A stretch of 64,000 bases of DNA, taken from the NCBI RefSeq assembly GCF_009914755.1, contig NC_060926.1. One strand, given 5' to 3'. Every line of letters begins with the position of its first letter. Position 1 is the first letter of the stretch. The notes beneath the pieces are model-generated. The model had not been told where the DNA came from. It ran no database searches and was given only the letters and a program-made list of their open reading frames with translations. This document shows, in pieces, positions 51,561-64,000 of this stretch. The DNA comes from the human T2T-CHM13v2.0 reference genome, Homo sapiens. Position numbers and translations under genes: made by a program.

Positions 51561-52959
51561 CACAACCAGCTGTGGCAGGGGACAGTCATTGTACAGGGGT
51601 GAGGGAATGGCCTGAGCTGGAAATGCCCCTGTTTGGAATGGGGCCCGGGGCGGGCCCCTCATGTTGTTTCCTGAAATCGGGTTCCTGTCTTTATCAAACT
51701 TAGAGTGACACTGATTAGCCCAATGTTTTCCTTTTTTACGTTTTGGACATATTTCAGACTCAGCAGTTTTCTTTTTTCCCCTATCTGGTGGCCTGACTCG
51801 CTGAGTTTTTCTACATTCTTTTTTAGTATAACCATGCTTCCCACAGTTAAAACAAGCTCCAGGAAATGGAGTATTTCCTTTATCCATTCTCAGTCCTGCC
51901 ATTCCCTGTGCTAGCAGAATAGCCTTATGCAAATTACCTCCAATACCATCACAGGCCTTGATATAATCAACTAAATGTGCTTTCCCTCTGATAGGTCACA
52001 GAGCAGCCTGGCAATCAGGATTAGCATTGTCAAAAGCTAATAACTGCAACACTATATCCTGAGCAGCTTAATATGCAATCACCTTTTTAAGAGACTCCTG
52101 TAACCGAGCTATAAAATCCACATATGGTTCTTTTGGTCCCTGTTTCATAGCAATAAAGGAAGGGTATTGTTCTCCACTTGAAGTGATTTTTTCCCAAGCT
52201 CTAATACACACTCCTCTAAGCTGTTCTATGGCATCATCCTGCATGACCACTTGTGCATCTCAACCAGCCCAGTTGCCAATCCGCAAAAGTTGGTCTGCAG
52301 TTATATTAATTTGACGTTGGGCCTGGGCGTTGCAAGCAGCCTGAATGGAAGCTTCATCTGCCCACCAAGTTTTAAATTGTAAGAACTGAGCAGGAGTTAG
52401 ACAAGCTCAAGTAAGAGCATCCCAGTCAGTAGGAATCATCCGACTGGAAACAGCAACATTCTTTAACAGTCCCATTACAAAAGGAGAACCTGGTCCATAC
52501 TGATTAATAGCTTCTTTAAATCCTTTGACTAATTTAAAAGGAAAAGGCTCAAATGTAGCTATAATATTTCCCTGTTGATCTGGGGGGTGTATTCTAACAG
52601 GGAACTGCCAAGCCTCTAAATCACCGTCTCATCTAGCTTGCTCAATTCCTGCTTGAATAGAACTAAGAGCGGTCACTTGAGGTGCTGCTCAAACAGTCAC
52701 TGGGGCAACTACTTTTTGCCCAGTGTCCTCCAGAAAAGAAAGATCTGGAGGGTCAGGCCACTCTTTTTCTTCAAAATAATAATGAGGGGGGTGCAGAAGG
52801 GAAGGGATGAACCTCTCTCTCCTTTGCTGCTTTAGCTTTAGCTGGCAAATAAACCTGCTCTGTAACCTCTTCTGTTACTTTGTTATACTCTCCTTCCTCC
52901 TCATTATCAGTGTGAAAAAGTTCCAAGGTAGAATGAACCAGAGCCCATACTTGTCCCAT
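51560..52959 (-). pseudogene. gag: HML-3 gag remnant
   Basis: MGQ start at 52959; major homology region QGPKEPYVDFIARL; zinc knuckle CFNCGKHGYTKKEC and a degenerate second knuckle. Confidence 0.92.
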
Positions 52960-53089
52960 TGTTACCCTGACACTTCTGAGCTCCCCTTCTTACTCACCAC
53001 AGGGATTGCTTTAAGAGTACTCAGGTGTCCTCCAGCTAGTTCCACATTCTCCAGCCATCATTCCGGTGACCCTTCAACCTGGATTCGAG

Positions 53090-53107
53090 CCCCCACGATG
53101 GACGCCA
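53090..53107 (-). promoter_or_regulatory. tRNA-Lys primer binding site (degenerate)
   Basis: Minus strand tggcgtccatcgtggggg, 2 nt after the 5' LTR; canonical form is TGGCGCCCAACGTGGGGC. Confidence 0.85.
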
Positions 53108-53109
53108 CT

Positions 53110-53622
53110 TGCTGAGACCAGCTCGGTCAGGGAGACCCTAACCCAGTAGTGCTAGAGAAATTAAAGACACACACACAGAAATATAGAGGTATGAAGTGGG
53201 AAATCAGGGATCTCACAGCCTTCAGAGCTGAAAGCCTCGAACAGAGATTTACCCACGTATTTATTAACAGCAAGCCAGTGATAAGCATTATTTCTATAAA
53301 TTATAGATTAACTAAAAGTATTCCTTATGGGAAATGAAGGGATGGGCCAAAATAAAAGGATGGGTTTGACTAGTTATCTGCAGCAGGAGCATGTCCTTAA
53401 GGCACAGATCGCTCATTCTATTGTTCGTGGTTTAAGAATGCCTTTAAGCGGTTTTCTGCCCTGGGTGGGCCAGGTGTTTCTTGCCCTCATTCCGGTAAAC
53501 CCACAGCCTTCCAGTGTGGGCATTATGGCCATCATAAACATGCCACAGTGCTGCAGAGATTTTGTTTATGGCCAGTTTTAGGGCCAGTTTATGGCCAGAT
53601 TTTGGGGAGCCTGTTCCCAAAA
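53110..53622 (-). repeat. 5' LTR (MER9)
   Basis: Direct repeat of 48132-48647, roughly 7% diverged by hand count; terminal TG mutated. Confidence 0.93.
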
Positions 53623-54128
53623 GACCGTGATCTCTAGAGTGTTACAGAGTACTTGGCTGGGGCCTTATACTTTAGAGAGAGCAGGTCTGTTGCCATGTTT
53701 TGCCTCCAAAAGTAAAAATGCAAGCTGGCCAATGAATTCATCTTTTGTCTTTTAAAAAGTCAGTCCCAGGTTGGTCAAAGGAATGCTGAAGGTACAGATA
53801 TTTTGAAGGGGTTTCATTTTTAAATGCAATTTGTTTGAAAAGCATCAGTATGTAATACTCTGCCCCTGAAATCTTTTACTTTGCTTTTATTCTTTGATCA
53901 GTTAAAATCAGAGGACTTGCCCTTTGTCACACTCCATGATATTTTATTAAGAACTACCCTCAAATTACAGCACTTGTTGGGATTCTATTCCTGGGTCTAC
54001 TTCTCATAGAAATTCTGCTTAGTATTATTCAACTTCAATTTATGCACATGGAAAATTATATTTCAAATGCCTATCTTTGGATTATTGAATTATTTTGGGT
54101 ACACATCTAAAGCAAATAAGAAATATAG

Positions 54129-54512
<384 letters not shown>

Positions 54513-55650
54513 GATCATGAATAATTTATGTCTATTTGTGTATCAGTATTACAGAAGATAGATATTTTATAGATAAGAGAGTAGGAGAATTTAATTATAA
54601 ATATTAATCTGAGAGTGACTACTGAATTCCTTAGATCTTCAATTTTCCTATTTACCCACAGGAACAAAGACACAAAGACAGGCATATTTAGTTCTAACAG
54701 TAGCTTGTGTTTCCCTGAATTTGTATTTAATTAATTGCTAGCAAATCAAATGATATTTTTAGTACCTGGAGGTGGGATGTGGCATTGGCATGCTATTTAA
54801 AGAAATATTTTAATGAATTTAACAAATAACCCCCTAATACATCTGTTTTTATAAGTTTGGATTTTTAAATAATGGGTTTTGGTAGAAGAATGATTCAAGT
54901 TTCATAAATGATGTCATATTTTACATGCTCTAGGGGTGCACTCTTATTAAAATTCAACCTTATATTGAACACTTCTATAAATAATGTTTTCTGATTCATT
55001 TCATAATTTATATTTTTGATAAATTCAATTTTTATAAATCAGTTTTTCTTAAAGTAGAGCACAGCTGGATTACTCTTCTTTTTCCTACAGATGCATAGTG
55101 TAGGGTAATTAGTTAATCTCTACAGTGTCCTGAAAAGATGAATAAAACATGGAGTGCTATTCCTACCAATCTCCTCTCTCACCTTTTCTCCTCCTCACTC
55201 TCAGGTGGGTTTGTAGTGGTTGAATAGATGTCAAAGAAATGGTTACTGGCTAATTTACTCTACCTCAAGGCTTGCCAGTGCTCTCTTGGAGAAACATTTT
55301 TATTTTATGAAAAGAAAAATAAATAAAAATAATCAAGTAGAAGTAAAAGAAAACAAGGAAAATAGGAGCTTGAAAATTGCAGGTGTATTACAGATAAAAG
55401 AACGAACAGAGGACAAAATAAATGTTGAATTTTATGTAATTATTGAATTTGTTTTAAAGCCTAGAGTGCAGTAGGGAGAACAAAGATCTAACTTACAGTC
55501 TTCCATCTCGTGTACGCCTCCTCTTCAGGCGTAAGGAAATTCTGTATCATCTCTGCTGTGTTCTAGAAAACTCTAAAAATGCTCTAGGTTCTGATGTTCA
55601 GCCTTAGCTCTCCCAGAAACCTTTGCACCCGAGCTACCAGCACACATAGG

Positions 55651-55651
<1 letters not shown>

Positions 55652-55689
<38 letters not shown>

Positions 55690-55700
55690 CACACACACAC
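55652..55700. repeat. (CA)n microsatellite
   Basis: Directly visible. Confidence 0.95.
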
Positions 55701-56569
55701 GTTTGCTGTTTTTTCTTACTTGGGCTTTTTTTTTCGGGTAGGTGGTGTTCACTTTCTCCATTGTACAAATGAGGATACCACTGGTGTCTGAGGCATTTTG
55801 TCTCTTCTGATTTTAAAATAAGATGCTTGAAGGTTCTGGAAATATTGCAGCTGAGATGAGGCTCTTTCTTTCCTTTCTGGCTTCTCAAAGCTTTGTGTGG
55901 GCTTAAAAGTGGCTCTTGAAGGAAATGGATGTTCTCTATTGGGAAAAGGCATTAACTTTAAGAGCAAAAGTCAAAGAACTGACCCTCTGTACCCTGGTTT
56001 CTGTCCTGCTTAACCTGTAGGCGTTATTAAAGACTGGGAAATATGGATTTGGGGTCCTTACTTCTATAGACAGATCATCACCTGTTTCTATAATTTTCTC
56101 AGGCCTAAAAACCATGCATGTTTCCATCTAATACTCTTTTCAGGGAACTATTTAGACCATGCCCAGGTTTTGTAACTTACTATTGTCCAGGGAAATAGAC
56201 TTCTGTAGGTTGATATTGCCTACTTCCTTTAGGTTATCATGTCTTCCGTTTATATCACCTTAAAGAAATGTTTCTGGGCAAATGTGTCAGTAAGACTACC
56301 ATCACTGAGGGAAAAAGACACCAACAAAAAAAATAAAAAATAAATTTGAACCATAAAGGGTTAAGAAATTTGCCAATGTTACTGGAGTCTAGGGAATCAC
56401 CTGGAAGCAGAAATCTTAGGGATCTTGTTTCATTATTGGCTCAAAGTGGGGCCTAGGACAAGTTGCTTCTCCCCTTTTGGACCCGTATTCTGAGAATACA
56501 GTAATTTTTGTCACTAGGGAAGCACCCAATATCCAATGCTGTTTTTATTTGTGTTTGATTTTTTCAAAA

Positions 56570-57905
<1,336 letters not shown>

Positions 57906-59702
57906 TGATTGTTTATCTCTTTTCACTGTAGAGTTCATCCAAACACTGAATACTTAAAAAAAAAATGGTCAAAATGATCCAACTCCTGGTAGCTTCAAAT
58001 AATGGAAAAGCTGGCAAGAATTGAGGCTTGTGTTGAATATTTCATTTCAGGCAGTTGTATCATGATTCCATGCTCCCATCCATATTTCCTTTGCTATAAT
58101 AAGTTTTAACTTTAATTTGTTTTGCCCACATTGCTGGACAATTTAAGAAATAGTTTCTTTAGTAAAGTCTGAAACTGATAGCTATTATATTTTTCTATGA
58201 AATGTTTTGCTCTTTATGTGTTGCCTATACTGCAGTCTATCCTCTAAAATCACTTTTAGTTTTTCCTTTTCACGTGCTTTTTTTTTCAATCTCTTTTTAA
58301 TTTCTCACTTTTATTATTATGTCCTGGGAGATTTTTAAAAACCCTTCATTTTTTGACAGGGCTTTTTTTTAAGATAATAATGTTTTGCCTAATTATCTTG
58401 CAGTATCTACAGCCCTTAATATGTGGTGAGAATTTAATACACATTTAACAGCAAAAGATTTATGCTTGACCTTTTCAGATGGATATCAATTGTATTAGAT
58501 TTCCTAATTAGCCATTGGTCTAACCTCACTGGTGCTTCAAAATTTAGGTGGTGGCCCCTCAACATGTAAAGCTCTAGTGTTATTCTCAATAAGAGAATAA
58601 CAAGAATGTGAACTTGTAAAGGCTTTTAGTGATGGTAATGGCCAGGCTTCATAGCATTAGCCATCACTTGCAAAACCTTGACCTCCATGTTTCTTACTAG
58701 ATATGGTCACACATGTTATTACGGGAGCCCTTGGCTTCTCCCCTTCACCTCTAGGGAAGCAATTATTTCTATTCTACTTAGAAAAACTGTATCCTATATA
58801 GTGGTTGTCTTCCTGCTTCCCAGGAAATAATCTGCTGGAATTCAAAATACAATTACCACGCTTGACCACTTTCCTATATCCTGGAGCTGACCATTATTAA
58901 TGGCATCCAATTATTCATAGCAATCAAGCAGCTGACCTTGCTAAACAGATCACCACAGTGGGCATCTGACAGTCAGTCTGCTGGCTGGGCATAATAGAAG
59001 GAGACAATGTCATATCCTGGTCCATCTTTGGTGAAAACAACATGTCACTTGCAGACTTACTGGAATGCTATAATGACTTGATTGCTAGATTTAGCCTGTC
59101 ATTATTTTAAAAGCATGTGTTTATATATGCTGGCAGGAGCAGGAAAAAGAAGTTGGTTTAGGTAAGCTTGGTGTCTGAGAATGTCTTTGGCTTGCTCTGT
59201 ATCACTGCAAATTAACAGAGTGACCTTTGATTAATCATTTAGGTTTCTAAGCTTGAATTTTTTTGTCAATTCTAAAATGAGGGCATTTTGCCTACTTTCA
59301 AGGGTGGGCATGAGAGTTGAATGATATAAGCATGATGAAACAATCAGGTAAGCAGCAGTTGCTCCATCACTGTCAGTTTCCTATCCATTGAGTCAATCTG
59401 CGCCTTGGCTCCAACAGAGATAAAAGGAATAACATACGGGCTTTTTTATTCCTCCCTAAGGTGCAGGATAGGTTTTGACTCCCACATGAATGCTGCTTTT
59501 TCATTTTTCTTTTTCCACAAGCCCACAAGTCAAAGGTTTTTCTTTATTGTGCTGTGGCATTAAAGTGTGATATTTGTTTGCAGTGAAGGATCTTAAGCAT
59601 AAAAACTGACATAAATTTCCAGGTGGTTGGCTTTTGACTCTTCAGTTTCCTTGACTCTATTTTCCCTTTGAGTTGGCATGATCTATAACAGCTCTGCTCC
59701 AA

Positions 59703-59957
59703 CTGCAGAAAGGAGCAAATTGTTTACCTTTGAAAGTACATTAATTCTCTCATGCCACCAGGAGGGGGGTTTTCACAAGGAACCAACTTTATTTGAATTT
59801 TAAGCCAAGCAGTTTGAAGGGGGATGGAAAAATGCACACAGTTAATATTCACTAGAGTGTCACTGACAGGTCTAATTCAAAGTGACCACATAAAAACTCC
59901 TTTATTAGTCCTTTCTCCTTGTCACTATGAGTTATGCTCTAGTGTCATTTGCATCCC
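59703..59957. repeat. Inverted repeat, left arm (pairs with 61838-62089)
   Basis: Reverse-complement alignment by eye, about 250 bp and roughly 80% identical. Confidence 0.92.
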
Positions 59958-60403
59958 GTTTAAAAATCCATACTTTTATAAGTTTGCTAGATTGAAATGA
60001 AGATGAAATATTCTCTTTAGAATTTCTTATCTACATTGCTTACCAGTGGTGAATATGCAATGCATTTAACTTGCCATGAACCTTATGAAGCATCAAGCAG
60101 AACTTACTAAGAGAAATGGGAACTTAATTTTAAAGAAGTTGGCTGAGAGTGTCTGATTAGCCCTGAGGGCAATTGGGAATTTCCTGCTGACCTGTGAAAT
60201 AGCCTGTATTTCTGCACTCCTGGTGGGCCATATGGCTATACAAATAGGTGAAGGAGGGTGCACAGAGGGACCTTGTGGTGGCTTAGGACTCTGGTATATT
60301 CAGCCTGTAGGCTGGGCAATTTAGAAAGTGGCCCTGTCTGCTTTGTAGGTAGTAAAATGCCATAGCGGCTAAAGGAATAGACTTAAATCCTGACAGATCG
60401 AGG

Positions 60404-60715
60404 TTTTTTTTTTGTTTTGTTTTGTTTTTTTTTTTGAGACGGAGTCTCGCTCTGTCGCCCAGGCTGGAGTGCAGTGGCGCAATCTTGGCTCACTGAAAGC
60501 TCTGCCTCCCCATTTCATGCCATTCTCCTGCCTCAGCCTCCCGAGTAGATGGGACTACAGGCGCCCACCACCACGCCCAGGTAATTTTTTGTATTTTTAG
60601 TAGAGACGGGGTTTCACTGTGTTAGCCAGGATGTTCTCGATATCCTGACCTCGTGATCTGCCTGTCTTGGCCTCCCAAAGTGCTGGGATTACAGGCGTGA
60701 GCCACTGCACCTGGC
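60404..60715 (-). mobile_element. AluY SINE
   Basis: TSD tgacagatcgag. Confidence 0.95.
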
Positions 60716-60851
60716 TGACAGATCGAGTTTTAAATGTTAGCTTTTCACTTTTATCACTACGGTTTTCTTATGTGAGAAATAACAGTAACTGTCAAGGCTC
60801 TTGAAGACTTGGATGAGATGATACATGCGCTAGTATTCTCTTGCTACATGC

Positions 60852-62089
<1,238 letters not shown>

Positions 62090-62577
62090 ACACAGACAAA
62101 TAGAACACAAATCTTCACTGCAGGATTAAATGCTATGACGAAATCTAGTTGGGTTTGGGACAAAGAACAGAAGGATTACTTAAATGGTAGAATCATTGTG
62201 GTGGGCTCCTGGCAAAGATGGGAACAGGGACAGAAGTAGAGACATTGGTTTTAAGCAAATGACTAAGCATGGATAACAGAGGCAGAAGTCTTAGGGAAAA
62301 ATAAGTATTTTTGTAGAGGACTTCTGTTATTAAAGCAAAGTGTTGACTTCAAAATTTGACATTGCCATCAGGCATGAGAAGCAGAAGACTTTTGCTGGGT
62401 CGAATATTGTTGTTCTGTGTACGGCACAGCAAGGGAACTTCCTGGATGTTCTAGGGAAGGGATGGGCAATCTTTGACCCTAAAGAGCCAGGTGGTAAAGA
62501 GCTTATGGGCTATATGGTCTGACTTTACATTATAGCATGAAAGCATTGATAGACAATATGTAAACAAATGAGTCTGA

Positions 62578-62754
62578 GACAGTTCCAAACTTTATTTATT
62601 GGACACTGAAATCTGGGTTTCATATAGTTTCCACATGTCTTGATACATATTTTTTGTCAACCATTTAAAAATGTAATAACCATTCTTAGATTGAAAGTTG
62701 TACCAGAACAGGCAGTGAGATATATGTGGCCCTTTCACAGTTTGCCAAGCCCCG
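62578..62754. mobile_element. MER58B-like hAT fossil
   Basis: actttatttattggacactgaaat...caaccatttaaaaatgtaa...agtttgccaagcccc. Confidence 0.7.
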
Positions 62755-64000
62755 TTATATAGAGTGCAGCTTCTGTTCCTACAAGGAAAGGAGCAAGCTT
62801 TTATGTCTAGATATTCTTCTGCAAGCAGCAACAAGCAGGCAGAGTGGAGAGTTATATGGGGAAGAGAAGTTTCCTTGGGCAAAGCCGTGTGATCTCTGCA
62901 GAATTCTCAGCTCCTGCTGGCCCAATAATCATGGGCCTGAGCTTGACTAAAAAATATTATTTTTTGCTTCATGAATCAACATTTAATGATAATGTTTCTA
63001 CTTGATGTTTCAGTGACAAAAGTGCAAATTGTGCGTGAAATTGATGTACATTATTCCATAATGAAGTAATCTGAATAGAAAAACACATTAGGTATTTATA
63101 TTGACAACAAGCCATTTAAAACTATTAGGACATTTTGAAAAGGAGAACCATATCCCTGAAAACATGAATGACTGGAAATTGGAGCTATTTAGTTGTGACC
63201 AGGGAGATGGAGCATTCTGTTCCAGCACTGCCCAGTTGCCTTTATGGTCATAGATTTTAAAATGATGAAAGACAGTTTGTATCTCTTGTTCTGTGACATC
63301 ATTTTCTCAATGATAATAAATAGTGCATTCCTCTATAACTTCATTTACAACCTTCACCACACTTTGGGGCTCTGGAAATATGCTGATAAACAAATGGTTA
63401 TGAATTTGAATGTGAATTTGTGAAATACTCTGTGGATTTAAGTATCTTATTATTCAGATCTTGTGGGTACTCCACAAATTATTAAGCTTAAGTTATGCCA
63501 TGTCAATTCTGAAGTATCTGCCTTCCACCTTCTTTTAAAACTTTGCATTTTATACTCACCGATTCCATATCAGTTTCCACAAAAGTACATCCTCTTGTCA
63601 ATAAGCTTTTGTAGGTTTAAGATTAAATGTCAATGTAAGTGGCACTACTCTGTACAGATAATAGATTTTTAGAGCTTAAGGTGGCCTCAGAGATGACCTA
63701 ACCCAACTTCCTGATTTTACACCTGAAGGAAATGACAGCGAAGTGACTTTGTGATTCATTAGTTTCACCATTGGCCATAGGTGGTTTCTATTTCACCCTA
63801 TACTGAAACTTGGCCCTCCACTATACAGTCTGAAATACTTGGTCAGCGGTTTGTAAGAGAGACAAATTATTCTCAGCGTCTCTTCTGTAGCCTCTATTTT
63901 TCTCATAAATATATCTGAAAGATCAGGAAATCACAAGCGGGTTGGATTAGGAACTTTCTTTTCACTTAGCCCATGGCTTTGGATCTTGATGCTAGAAACT

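Larger units (their letters stand above)
48132..53622 (-). mobile_element. HERV-K(HML-3)/HERVK9 provirus, internally deleted, with both MER9 LTRs
   Basis: Two direct repeats of about 510 bp, PBS, PPT, gag-pro-pol-env order, 6-bp TSD GACCAT (48126-48131) / GACCGT (53623-53628). Confidence 0.95.

Overview
This is primate (most likely human) non-coding genomic DNA, dominated by interspersed repeats. It holds about 34 Alu copies, old L1M, L2 and MIR fragments, DNA-transposon fossils and about a dozen solo LTRs (LTR1, LTR12, MER41, MER57, MLT1/2, THE1/MST). I found no cellular protein-coding exon, RNA gene or CRISPR array; almost every ORF in the track is an Alu, LTR or microsatellite artefact. 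The only real coding remnants are retroviral. One is a two-LTR, internally deleted HERV-K(HML-3)/HERVK9 provirus (48132-53622, minus strand, 6-bp TSD). The other is a HERV9 env-TM plus LTR12C remnant (37578-39036). I see no evidence of a new biological system. The best unexplained structures are two dispersed inverted repeats (10160-11284 and 59703-62089) and several templated insertions or fold-back scars typical of template switching or polymerase-theta repair. A young AluYa5 in a closely spaced inverted Alu pair and an in-frame NC-dUTPase fusion ORF in the provirus are also notable. Repeat subfamily names come from recalled consensus sequences, and all alignments and counts were done by eye; they need RepeatMasker/Dfam confirmation.
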